A DNA stretch of 64,000 nucleotides from the NCBI GenBank assembly GCA_963771175.1, contig CAVYSY010000023.1:34139-98138 (forward strand), written 5' to 3'. How positions within the stretch are numbered: the stretch's first letter is position 1; each line of letters starts with the position of its first letter. The notes beneath the pieces were generated by a model. The model did not search any database, was not told the DNA's origin, and saw only the letters and a program-made list of their open reading frames with translations. Made by a program: the position numbers and the translations under genes. Shown here piece after piece: positions 1-9,811 of the stretch. Source of the DNA: an uncultured delta proteobacterium (GTDB lineage: Bacteria; Myxococcota; Myxococcia; Myxococcales; Myxococcaceae).

Positions 1-810
1 GAAGAGCTGGTAGTTCTGGTTGCGGTCCGTGCCGGCGATGTAGCCGAGGATGGCATCCGGATCGCTCGGGTCCATCAGGTTGCAGAACTCGCGCGCGCTG
101 GACGAGTCCTCCCACGTCAGGTCCGGCTGGTCCGGCGAGGCGTACTGGCCAAGGGTGTCGTTGGCCGAGCAGCGAGGGTACGGGGTGCCGTCGGTGAGGA
201 AGACGACGACGTAGCGGGTGCGCGGCAGCTCCGCCGGACGCGTCTTGGCCACGTCGGTGATGTCGGCCGAGATGATCTTGTACGCCTCGGCGAGCGCGCC
301 CTGGTAGTCGGTGCCCTTGCCGAGCTGCTCATGCAGGGCGCCGATGTACGTGTCGACACCGGAGGCGCTGGTGGGCCGGGCGAAGCGGTTGCCCGTGTTG
401 GAGGGCCAGGCATCGCGGATGTTCGTCTCGAAGGGGACGATGGAGACCTGCACGTTGGGCTGGGCGCGGAACTGCTGCACCAGCCGGCGCAGGGCCCGCA
501 CGCGCCCGGGCTCGGTGACGCCGGGCGGGACGATGGCCTGAATCTCCGCGCGCTCGCAGAAGCCGGAGCCCTCCTGCGAGCCCGGCGGGTCCGACACGCA
601 CATGCTGCCGGACTGGTCGATGACGATGACCACCTTCACCGGGAAGCCATCCGCGCTGGGTGTGGAGGTGCAGAGCCGGCCCTTGAGGGAGAGCCGGTCA
701 TCGGTGTTCGTCTGCTCCTGCGCGAGCGACTCGACGAGGGTGTCGGTGCAGCCCCCGAGGGCCGCCAGGACGCCCACCACGAACAGCATCTGGAGTTTCA
801 GGTGGCGCAT
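1..810 (-). CDS. mtsD: VWA-domain lipoprotein, MtsD-like cell-cell cohesion protein (3' end runs off the window)
   Basis: Manually translated from ATG at 810: MRHLKLQMLFVVGVLAALGGC (lipobox), VIVIDQSGS (MIDAS DxSxS), GTDYQGAL and VVFLTDG. The frame stays open to position 1 and lies directly downstream of the TSP3 gene. The symbol is from recalled M. xanthus mts gene order. Confidence 0.75.
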   Translation of the reverse strand, partial: MRHLKLQMLFVVGVLAALGGCTDTLVESLAQEQTNTDDRLSLKGRLCTSTPSADGFPVKVVIVIDQSGSMCVSDPPGSQEGSGFCERAEIQAIVPPGVTEPGRVRALRRLVQQFRAQPNVQVSIVPFETNIRDAWPSNTGNRFARPTSASGVDTYIGALHEQLGKGTDYQGALAEAYKIISADITDVAKTRPAELPRTRYVVVFLTDGTPYPRCSANDTLGQYASPDQPDLTWEDSSSAREFCNLMDPSDPDAILGYIAGTDRNQNYQLF

Positions 811-840
811 CCGGTGCGGACCTCCGAGGAAGAGCGGGAC

Positions 841-2155
841 TTAGGAGCGCCGACGGCGGCGCAGCAGGGTGAGGAGCGCGGCGCCCAGGGCGAAGCCACC
901 GCCCGTCGCGGGGAACGCGGAGCAGTTCCATCCGCTGACGCTCTCCTGGGCCACCTGGAGGGCCAGCTCCGAGGTGGAGTCACGCCGGCCGGGGTAGGCC
1001 CGGTCATCGAAGGCCAGCTTCGCGGAGAGCTGCAGGACGTAGTCGCCGTCCTCGTCCGCGGTGAACGTGGGCTTGTTGCCGTCGACATAGGCGTACTCCC
1101 AGTGGCGACTCATCGTCACCGCGCCACGAGGATTCTCCACCACGGACTTGGAGCCGGAGGGGCGCTTCGTGACGGTCCAATTGTACTCGATGGCCGCGCC
1201 GTTGCGGTTGGCGAACAGGGGCAGGCGCACCTGCTCGCCCTTCTTCAGCGCCAGCGTGCCGCCGCCGTGGACGGCGAAGGGGCCCTTGGGATCCAGGCAG
1301 TCGTCGGGGCGGTTCGGGTCGATGACGACGCAGTAGCGGGCATCGCACGCATCCCCCACGTGGTCCCCATCGTCATCCGCCTGGTCGGCGTTGACGTGCT
1401 GGGGGCAGTTGTCCTTCTCGTTGAGGACGCTGTCGTTATCCTTGTCCGTGTCGCACGGGTCTCCCACACCGTCCTGGTCCGCGTCGTTCTGGTCGGCGCT
1501 GGCCAGCGTGGGGCAGGTGTCATACCGGTCCAGGACGTTGTCGCCGTCCGAGTCCACGTTGCACAGGCTCGGGTCGGACACGGGGCACCTGGTCCGCGTT
1601 CTTCACGCGCGGGCAGTTGTCGCTGCCGTCCACCACGCCGTCGTTGTCATCGTCCAGGTCGCACACGTCGCCCTGGGCATCCCCGTCCAGGTTGTCCTGC
1701 CCCTTGTTGGGCACCAGCGGGCAGTTGTCCTGGCCGTTGTCGAAGCCGTCGTTGTCCTGGTCCGGATCGCAGTCGTCGCCGAGCCCGTCGCCGTCCGCGT
1801 CCTTCTGCTGGAGATTGGCGAGCGCGGAGCAGTTGTCGCAGACGTTGCCCACCCCATCCGCGTCGTCGTCCTCCTGGAAGCGGTTGGAGGAGAACGGGCA
1901 GTTGTCGTGGCCGTCCGACTTGCCGTCGCCGTCCCCGTCGTCCGTGTAGGACAGCGTCTTGCCGTCGTCGGTGTAGGCCACCCACACCGAGCAGCCACAG
2001 CCACAGCCGCAGCCGCCGCCCTCCTCCTTGGGACGACCACACTGGTCGCCCAGGCACTCGGGGTTGTCCGCGCCGTCGGTCTGCGCCGACGCGGTGGCCG
2101 GCAGGAAGAAGAGCGCCCCGAGGAGCAGCGTGGGGGCGAGTCGATTGAGCGTCAT
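841..2155 (-). CDS. mtsC: Thrombospondin type-3 repeat surface protein with MYXO-CTERM anchor (MtsC-like); frameshift near 1585
   Basis: Joins ORFs 1520..2311 and 841..1581. AAAGGAG RBS precedes MTLNRLAP (signal peptide). Many DxDxDGxxDxCDNCP repeats. C-terminus GWNCSA...ALLTLLRRRRRS. Confidence 0.85.
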
Positions 2156-2320
2156 GGTGACTCCTTTCATCGCCGGGCCTCTAGCAAGAGGCGATCCGCC
2201 GGCCGGGCCTGGAAAAGGGCTGGAATTCCAAGAGGTTGGCGACGAGGTGAGGCGCGGTGGACAACGGGTGTGGGGAGCACTCCCCAGCGGTTTGTGGGGG
2301 AGACTCCACATGATGAGGGA

Positions 2321-3918
2321 TCAGGTCCCCAGGATGAAGTCATCAGGGGTGAAGGTGCGGGTGCCGGCGGGGGTGCGCCCCTCCTCCTCGGTGTAGCGCA
2401 GGGATTCAATCCGCAGCGCGCCAATGCCGGAGCCGCGCGGGTCGTTGTCCCGGCCCACCTGCATATAGAGGTAGACGTCATTGGTGCCGGCGGGGATGTC
2501 CGCGCCCGGGGTAGACGGGGTTGGGGACGCTCGAGCGTGGGCACGAGGGTGATGTTCTCCGCGCGCACCGCGTAGCAGGCCCGGCCGTCCGCGGTGGGCT
2601 CGGCGTCCGCGATGGAGTAGCCGTAGCCACGCTCGGCGCGGAAGGCGATGTCGGCGCTGAGCGGATCCCCATGGGCCTCCACCTCGGAGATGTTGGGGAG
2701 GCCGTCGCGGTCGCTGTCCAGCAGGTCCTCGGGGACGAGCGGGTTGGTGTAGGCCAGGGCCTCGACGAGGTCCGGCAGGCCGTCGCCGTCCGTGTCGGCG
2801 ACACACGGGTCGGTGCCCAGCACGCGCTCCTCGCAGGTGTTGAGCCGGTCCCCGTCCTCGTCGAGCGCGGCGTTGCAGCCGGGGATGGCGTCCACGTGCC
2901 CCGGCGGGGGTCCAGCCCCATGCGCAGCTCGATGCCGTCCATGAGCCCGTCCTGGTCGGTGTCCGGGAGCGTGGGGTCCAGGCCGCGCGCCAGCTCGTCC
3001 GGGTCCGCCACGCCGTCGCCGTCGCTGTCGGCGAGGAACTGACCGGCGCGCACCACCACGTTGCGGTTGAAGGCGAGGAAGCGCTTCAGCTTGAGCGTTG
3101 CTCTGCAGCGACGCGTAGTTGAGGCCGCCGAGGGCGGTGCTCAGGTTGGAGAAGTCCGTCGTCACCGGCGCGGAGCCACCGGCGTTGGCGATGGCGGCCA
3201 CCTGGGCGGCGGTGGTGGCGTCGGCCGTGTTGCGCACGTAGACGGGCTGCACCGTCACCTCGCCAGCGCCGAACTGCTCGACGAGCGCCTTGAGCTGACC
3301 GGTGACGGCCGCCAGCTCGCACTGGCTGCACGCGGCGGGGTCCGTCAGCTTGCTGCAGCGCGAGTCGATGCCCGCGTTGAAGGCGGGGTTCTCGCAGCTC
3401 AGGTCCGCGCTCGTCACCACGAGGACGACGAGGTAGCGGGTGCGGGCCACCTCGCCCGGGCAGCCCGTCTGCATGTCGCCGGAGAGGATGCTCTTCGCCA
3501 GCTTCAGCGCCGAGCGCATGCTGATGGGGCCCGACTCCTGGTAGCTGGCGTAGCGCGGGATGGCGGCCTGGAGGGCGGAGGCATCCTCGAAGCGGCCCAG
3601 CAGGCCCGTGGCCACGGTGTGGAAGGCCACCAGGCTGAACTTGATGTAGGGCAGCGAGAAGCGGCTGGAGAGCGTGCCGAGTGCGTCGGAGACGGCGCCG
3701 GGCATGTCCGCGGGCAGGCCCGCCCCGCCCTGCACGGCGAAGAGGACCTTCACGGGGAAGGCCTCGCCGCCGGCCAGTGGCACGCAGACGTTGCCGGCGA
3801 AGTCCGCGCGGTCCTGGCCGCTCGGACCCCGCCCGTCGAGTGCATAGAGGCCCGCGTCGGAGCACGACAGCAGGAGCACGGGCACCAGGAGACAGGCAAT
3901 CCGCGGGAGGACGCTCAT
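2321..3918 (-). CDS. mtsB: VWA-like lipoprotein with Ca-binding DxDxDG repeats (MtsB-like); frameshifts near 3100, 2905 and 2525
   Basis: MSVLPRIACLLVPVLLLSC lipobox. FPVKVLFAV...RTRYLVVLV parallels the MtsD-like protein. DSDGDG/DTDQDG repeats are stitched from ORFs 2167..3969, 2478..3059 and 2321..2806. Confidence 0.75.
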
Positions 3919-4123
3919 TGGGTGGGATTGTAGACCCCAGCCCAGGAGGCGAGCGCAAGGGCCCAGCACCTCCGGGTGAGACGAAAGTGCGCCGGCCCCT
4001 GCATCCAGCGAGCCGCTGGAAGCTCGGCTGACACTCGGAACCCCGTGATACAGCGCCTACACCGACCGCAATGGCGACGCCAGGTCAACAGGAGGACACC
4101 CGCCCACATGCGAACGAGCTTCG

Positions 4124-4744
4124 ATGCCTCGGAGGCTCCTGGCCACGAGCCTCTGCCTCCTGATTGTTGCTTGTAGTGCGACCCGTTCCTCCGTCCCCCA
4201 TCCCACGAGCGTCCAGGAGCTTTCCCGCCGGGTGCTCGTCCTCGAGGAGACGCCGGACGGTCAGGTCACCCACTCATGGGAGCCCTTGAGCGACTTCGAC
4301 CTGTCGAAGTACCCGTACCGCGCGAGAAACAGCACCGTGCAAGCCCCCATCATCCGCGCCACCTGGACTCGCAGTTGCGAGGACGAACGCGATGCCTGCG
4401 AGGACATGTGCATGCAGTCTCTCCGGGGCCGGAATTGGAGCCACGCGAGTAAAGGCTCGAAGGAGGAACACTGTCGCGGCAAGTGCAGACCCGCGTACCT
4501 TGACTGTTGCCGGCTCCACGAGCAGGCGGAAGCCCTGGAATTCTCAGCCGCCGACGAGGCAGTCAGTTGGTTGAAGCAGCACCACGAGGAGCTGTTGGTA
4601 GGGACCGTGGTCGTCATCGCCGGAGTGGCCTTCGTCGCGGTCGTCGTGGGTAGCGGCGGCAGTGCTCTGGTCCTCGTGCCGGCCATCTTGCTGGTCTCAC
4701 CCGAGATGCCTTCCGAGCCCCAACTCGCGGCGGTGAAGCCATGA
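4124..4744 (+). CDS. Hypothetical Cys-rich lipoprotein with a hydrophobic C-terminus
   Basis: LLIVAC lipobox; CEDERDACEDMC...HCRGKC...DCC cluster; C-terminal hydrophobic stretch. GGAGG at 4091 before ATG 4108 suggests a slightly longer, frameshifted start. Confidence 0.75.
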   Translation: MPRRLLATSLCLLIVACSATRSSVPHPTSVQELSRRVLVLEETPDGQVTHSWEPLSDFDLSKYPYRARNSTVQAPIIRATWTRSCEDERDACEDMCMQSLRGRNWSHASKGSKEEHCRGKCRPAYLDCCRLHEQAEALEFSAADEAVSWLKQHHEELLVGTVVVIAGVAFVAVVVGSGGSALVLVPAILLVSPEMPSEPQLAAVKP

Positions 4745-5570
4745 CGAACCACACCCTCCTTTCAGATCCACAAGAGGTGATTGGGAGGCAATGGAGCGAG
4801 GATCAGTCACCGGAACAGGCGCGAATTCTGGGTCTCGCGCGAGACGCTCTCCTCTTCGTTTCTCATTACCGGCCAACGGTATCGCTTCGAGGACTTCCGC
4901 GAGAGTCTCCAAGCTGGCGCTCGCCCACCAGCAGGAGCGTCTCCCCTCCTACTCCGCCCCTCCGGCGCCTTCGAGTTACCTCGCGATGACATCCTGAGTC
5001 TCAAGGAACGCCTGCACGAAACGGAAGCCTTCTTCACGAAGATCCGCGATGAAACCGATGCTGCCAGAGAGAAGGAATTGAGCCAGGTCATTCTCGACAC
5101 GCTCCATTTCATCTCCTCGACCGATCAGCACAGGGCTTTCGGTGAGTACCTCGAGCACCTCGAGGCCGACGCGCCTCCTTATGTCATGGCATCTTTCGCG
5201 ACGAGGGAGGAGGCGGAATCCTGGCTCAGGAATCATCCCAGTCCCCCTGATTTCGCCTACGTGCTGATCGCGAACGCCTACCATGACGTGGTAGCTATGA
5301 CCGCGAATCGAACTTCCGTCGCCTGCCTCGCAGCCGCCGTATGGAGCACTACCTCGCGGATCTCCAACAGAGAAGCCCCCCAGTCCCGTCGCGTCTTTCG
5401 CCAGCATCGAGGAGGCGGAGACCTGGCTGAAGGCACAGCCCAAGCCCGCCCGATGGGCGTGGGTGTCGGTTGCCGGTGAGCCCTACCTCGCGGTGTACTA
5501 CCCCAACATCGACCACCGGACCCTCTACCCTCTCTCCTTGGCCAGGGGCTACGAGGAGCCCTCCGACTGA
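4741..5570 (+). CDS. Hypothetical cytoplasmic protein with internal duplications; frameshifts near 4865, 5295 and 5380
   Basis: ATGA overlap with the upstream gene. Repeated units ASFATREEAESWL / ASFASIEEAETWL and LLFVS.TGQRYRF / LHFISSTDQHRAF. The final frame ends YPLSLARGYEEPSD* at 5570. Confidence 0.7.
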
Positions 5571-5722
5571 AGTCCGGGGGCCTCCCAGGGTGGGGAAGCC
5601 CCTACGCCGGGTGCCAGATGGGGGGTGGGAGGGCACCCGAAAGGTCCGGTCTCTCGCGAATACCCACAAGTCGGCCGGGTGAGGATATGGTGGGCGCCTA
5701 CCCGCTCACGACGGCCCTCCGC

Positions 5723-6970
5723 ATGTACCTGCGCAGCCTCACCCTCCACAACCTCAAGCTCCTGAAGGAAGTCGCCATCTCCTTCACCCGCGAGGACGGG
5801 GAAATCCGCCCGTGGACCGTTTTCGTGGGAGAGAACGGCTCGTGCAAAACGGCCATCCTCCAGGCCATCGCGCTCGCCGCGAGTGGCGCCACCCTGGGCA
5901 GTGAGCTCGCGGACGTCACCTCGCTGCCGGACCGGCGGCAGCCCTCCACCGAGCTGATGTTGATCGGCGCCGAGTTCACCTTCGGACAGGGGGGACACAA
6001 GGCCCGCGTGTATCCCGGCCTGGAGGAGAAGCGCGCGCTCGCGCCCTACATGCGCAGCTCCATCGCCGCCAAGAGCACCTGGAGGGACCTGGTCGGCAGC
6101 TCGAGGTACGTCGGCTCCGAGCACACCCGCGTCTTCGACCCCATCCGCGAGGCGCGCAGGACCCAGCTCCCGGGCTGGTTCGTCGCGGGCTACGGGACGA
6201 TGCGCAACCTGCCTCGCCCCAAGGCCATTCAAGGGGAAGGGCTGTCGGACCCCATCAAGCAGCGCCTGGAGAACCTCTTCGACCGGGGGAGTCTGATCGC
6301 CACCGGCTTCGCCGACCTGTTCGAGCCCGCCCAGGCCAAGGCCTACAACCGGGTCCTCAAGCAGGTGCTCGTCGAGGGCAACCTCCTCCCGGGCATCGTG
6401 GACCTGGAGCTCCAGAGCCAGGGCATGGTGCGCACCCGGCAGGATCTGCTGGAGGCCCACCGCTTCGAGTTCGACGTGGGAGGCCAGCGCATCAAGGTCC
6501 CCGCCACCTGGCTGTCTCACGGCTACCAGGGGACCATTGCCTGGCTCGCCGACCTCATCGGCCACATCCTCCTCGAGGCCGGAAAGCCGGTGGCGCCCGA
6601 GAAGATGGAGGGACTCGTCCTCATCGACGAGCTCGACCTCCACATCCACCCGCGCTGGCAGGCCTCGCTCATCCCCGCGCTGAAGGCCGTCTTCCCCAGG
6701 CTCCAGTTCATCGCCACGACCCACTCGGCGATGCTCCTGCCGGGTCTGTCCCAGGACGAGGTCCTCCTGCTCCGCCCGGATGAGGAGGGCAACGTGAATG
6801 TCGTCCCGGCGCCCGCCTCGCCGGAGCGGATGACGGGCAGCGAGCTCTTCGACACCTTCTTCGATGGCCAGCTGAAGCCCGCGAGGGGCCCGGCGGCCCG
6901 GAAGCAGCGGCCCGCGCCGAGGAAGCAGCAGCGCTCCGGCGGTGCCGCGACCCGGACGAAGCGGAAGTGA
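5723..6970 (+). CDS. AAA_21/ABC-type ATPase of the family common in defence loci
   Basis: MYLRSLTLHNLK start; Walker A GENGSCKT; signature-like LSHGY; Walker B LVLIDELDLHIHPRWQ; H-loop QFIATTHS. Confidence 0.85.
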   Translation: MYLRSLTLHNLKLLKEVAISFTREDGEIRPWTVFVGENGSCKTAILQAIALAASGATLGSELADVTSLPDRRQPSTELMLIGAEFTFGQGGHKARVYPGLEEKRALAPYMRSSIAAKSTWRDLVGSSRYVGSEHTRVFDPIREARRTQLPGWFVAGYGTMRNLPRPKAIQGEGLSDPIKQRLENLFDRGSLIATGFADLFEPAQAKAYNRVLKQVLVEGNLLPGIVDLELQSQGMVRTRQDLLEAHRFEFDVGGQRIKVPATWLSHGYQGTIAWLADLIGHILLEAGKPVAPEKMEGLVLIDELDLHIHPRWQASLIPALKAVFPRLQFIATTHSAMLLPGLSQDEVLLLRPDEEGNVNVVPAPASPERMTGSELFDTFFDGQLKPARGPAARKQRPAPRKQQRSGGAATRTKRK

Positions 6971-6973
6971 CCG

Positions 6974-9235
6974 TCACAGCGTGAGGAGCCAGGCCAGCAG
7001 GTCGTCCTGCTCCTCGGGCGAGAGCGCCTTCATGTCGCCGTGCGCGGGGCCGGACATCTCCAGCACCGCGCGCAGCGGGAAGCGCGTGCCCACGACGAGC
7101 CGGTTGCCATCGCGCACCTCGAAGCCCGCGGCGCCGCTGCCCAGCATGGGCCAGATGTCCCAGGCCCCCACGAGCGAGGGCGGCGCGAAGCCCGGCACCA
7201 GGTCCTGCTGCGCCAGCCGCAGGGGCAGCGCGTTGGGAGTCCCCACCTCCAGGTAGCGCCCGCGCGTCTTCGGGTCCTGGTCCGTGGTGAAGAGGGGCGC
7301 GGGGTGGCACGCGAGGCAGCCGCCCTTGCCCTCGAAAATCCCGCGCCCCCTCGCCGGACTCCCGCGCCGACCATCCGGCAGCACCACCGTCTCCAGGGGG
7401 GCGCCATCCTCGCCCCGGAAGGGGTTGGGCGGCGTGGGCAGCAGGGACACGTAGAGGGTGAGTGCCTCCACCTCCGACGCCGTGAGGTCCGAGTTGTGGA
7501 AGCGGTTGCGGCTGCCCACCGTGCGCATCGTCTCCGCGAGGCTGTGCGTGCTGGCCGGAGTGAAGTACGGCGGCGTGTCGCGGCTGCCGAGCGCCGTGGT
7601 CGAGCGGTAGATGCGCAGGGGCCGGGTCTTCGCGAAGAAGACGTCCCCGGTGTGGCCCTCGAGGTGGCACGCATCGCAGCTCATCGCCGTGCGCCCGAGG
7701 TCCGCGTCATAGAGCACCTGCCCCAGCCGCCGCTTCGCCTGGGTGCGCATGTCCGTCACCGGCCACTGCCGCACCACCCGAGCACGGCCGGCACGAGCCT
7801 CGGACACGTCCACCACCGCCACCGTGCCGGTGTGCCGGTTGAGCACGTAGAGGGTGCGCCCGTCCGGCGCCAGCGCGAGCGCTTTCGGGCCCGCGTGCAG
7901 CTCCACCCCGGCGCGGCCGCCCGTCCCGAAGTCCGCTTCCGGACGTATCAGGGGTGTGCCCTCCAGCAGGGGCATGGCCACCTCTTGCAGCACCTCCAGC
8001 CGGCGCGCGTCCAGCACGCGCACCCGGCCCAGCCCCACGTCCGCCGCGTACAGCAGCCCCGTCCCGTCATCGAGCGCCAGCCCCTCGGTGATGCCCGCCC
8101 CGAAGCCCCGGTGCCGCACCACCTCGCCGCGCTCCGGGTCCAACTCCGCCACACCACCGTTGGCGGTCACCTCCATGCGCTCGGCGTTGGGTCCCACGTT
8201 GGGCCCCAGGCTCGCCAGGAAGAGGCGCCCCAACTCCTCCGAGGCCACCAGTCCCCGTACTGCCTTGCCTCCCATCACCTGCGCGGAGAAGCGCTCCGTC
8301 CCCCCGCCCACGATGGGCACGCCCGGCTTCGGCACCAGCGTCGCCACGGACGCGCCGTCCTCCTGCCGCAGCAGCTCCACCTGACCCGTCTGCAGGCTGC
8401 CCACGGCGAGCAGCCCCTTCCAGCGAGCCAGTGCCCGCGGGTTCGGGTCCACCCGCGCCGTCCACACCGCGTGCCCGTCCTCCAGGGAGAGCGCCTGGAC
8501 CGTGTCCCGCACGTGCTCGGCCACGAAGGCCACACCACGAGCCCCATCCACCGCGAGCCCCAGGGCCCCGGCCGGCGCGGGCAGCACCCGAGGCGCGCTC
8601 GCGGGCGCATCCAGCGCGTACAGGTGCAGCGCTCCGCTCCAGCGGTGGGCCACCGCCAGCCACGAGCGCCCCGCCGCATCCTCATAGGTGGCGAGCGCGC
8701 TCGGCCCGTCCCCCGCCGCCAGGGACTCCACGCGCCCGCTGGCCACGTCCAGCGCGTACACCGTGTCCGTGGGCGGCGAGGCGATGAACAGCATGCGCCC
8801 ATCCGGCGCGAGCACCAGGTCCTTCAGGTCCGGGAAGGCCGCGTCGTTCACCACGGTGAGGCGGGCCTCGCCCTCGGGTGCCAGCTCCGGAGGTCCGGCC
8901 AGCCGCACCGTGACGACGGCCTGCACTTGATCCGCGGGAAGCCCCAGTCCCGCGGGCAGGCGCGCATGGGCGTGCCGCGAGTCCACCACCGTGAGCGGCA
9001 ATTCGCGCGACAGCGGAGGCCCCAGTACCAGCCGCAACCCGGGCACCAGCCCCTCGCCGTAGAGGGAGAGCGGCTGCGAGGTCTGGTTGCTCGTCAGACG
9101 CGGGCCCACAGAGCCGAGCACCGGGTGCGGTGCGGGAGCCGGCCGCGCATGGTGGCGCCACAGCACCCCACCGCCAGCGGCCAGGATGAGACAGAGCGCG
9201 ACAAGCGCCACGAGGAGACGAATGGGTTGTGTCAC
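6974..9235 (-). CDS. YncE/YVTN beta-propeller protein with C-terminal di-haem cytochrome c domain (probably MtsA)
   Basis: N-terminal TM helix; propeller repeats (LAPDGRMLFI, LAPDGRTLYV); two CXXCH motifs, CDACH at 7664-7678 and CLACH at 7304-7318. First gene of the minus-strand mts-like run. Confidence 0.8.
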   Translation of the reverse strand: MTQPIRLLVALVALCLILAAGGGVLWRHHARPAPAPHPVLGSVGPRLTSNQTSQPLSLYGEGLVPGLRLVLGPPLSRELPLTVVDSRHAHARLPAGLGLPADQVQAVVTVRLAGPPELAPEGEARLTVVNDAAFPDLKDLVLAPDGRMLFIASPPTDTVYALDVASGRVESLAAGDGPSALATYEDAAGRSWLAVAHRWSGALHLYALDAPASAPRVLPAPAGALGLAVDGARGVAFVAEHVRDTVQALSLEDGHAVWTARVDPNPRALARWKGLLAVGSLQTGQVELLRQEDGASVATLVPKPGVPIVGGGTERFSAQVMGGKAVRGLVASEELGRLFLASLGPNVGPNAERMEVTANGGVAELDPERGEVVRHRGFGAGITEGLALDDGTGLLYAADVGLGRVRVLDARRLEVLQEVAMPLLEGTPLIRPEADFGTGGRAGVELHAGPKALALAPDGRTLYVLNRHTGTVAVVDVSEARAGRARVVRQWPVTDMRTQAKRRLGQVLYDADLGRTAMSCDACHLEGHTGDVFFAKTRPLRIYRSTTALGSRDTPPYFTPASTHSLAETMRTVGSRNRFHNSDLTASEVEALTLYVSLLPTPPNPFRGEDGAPLETVVLPDGRRGSPARGRGIFEGKGGCLACHPAPLFTTDQDPKTRGRYLEVGTPNALPLRLAQQDLVPGFAPPSLVGAWDIWPMLGSGAAGFEVRDGNRLVVGTRFPLRAVLEMSGPAHGDMKALSPEEQDDLLAWLLTL

Positions 9236-9276
9236 GAAGAAGTCACCCCCTGTGAACGGTCCCCCACCTTTTACAG

Positions 9277-9307
9277 CCTAACCGCAAGTTAGGGGCATGC
9301 GTTGACA
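9277..9307. promoter_or_regulatory. Inverted repeat CCTAAC-N5-GTTAGG next to TTGACA in the divergent mts/glt-like intergenic region
   Basis: Perfect 6-5-6 palindrome at 9277-9293; TTGACA at 9302-9307; the -10 element is weak. Confidence 0.4.
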
Positions 9308-9340
9308 GGTTGGTGCGCCCATCGCTTAACTGGCGGCCTG

Positions 9341-9774
9341 ATGCGGCGCTTCATACTCTCCGTGGCGGTCGCCGGCCTGGTCGGCTTCGTCCTGTCCCCC
9401 CTGGCTCCGATGCGTGGGCCCAGGGGCGTACGCGCGCGACCCGGGCAGCTGCAAAGGGCAAGAGCCGCAAGGTCCCGCCCAAGGTCAACAAGGCCGAGAA
9501 GGTCGAGACGTCGACCAACAAGGTCGAGCCCGCCTCCGCCCGGGTGAGCGACCCCGTCTCCGGCGAGTCCGCCCCGGCCTCCGCCTCGGGAGCGCCGCCC
9601 ACGCGAGGCCCCGCCCGCATCGACTTCGATGATCGGCTCATCCAGGGACAGACCAACAAGTCCGGGGCCGTCTACTTGTATGACCGCAAGGAACTGAAGA
9701 CGCGGTCGATGATCCGCGAGCGAGAGAACTTCCGCTCGGAGATTCTGTCCACCGTCTACGACCAACAGCCGTAG
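9341..9774 (+). CDS. GltF/CglF-like small exported protein; frameshift in the C-run near 9400
   Basis: Signal peptide MRRFILSVAVAGLVGF joins ORF 9310..9774. C-terminal RIDFDDRLIQGQTNKSGAVYL...RENFRSEI resembles GltF-type proteins. Sits ahead of a GltG-like gene. Confidence 0.65.
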
Positions 9775-9811
9775 GCACCCGACGCGGGGCCTATGTCAGG
9801 GAGGATGAGCG

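Noticed and set aside
1380..3040. Repetitive gtcgccgtc tracts as a CRISPR or DNA repeat array
   Set aside because: They encode DxDxDG calcium-binding protein repeats; there is no constant repeat-spacer structure and no cas gene.
5571..5722. Possible retron ncRNA upstream of the AAA ATPase
   Set aside because: There is no reverse transcriptase in the window and no convincing a1/a2 inverted repeats.
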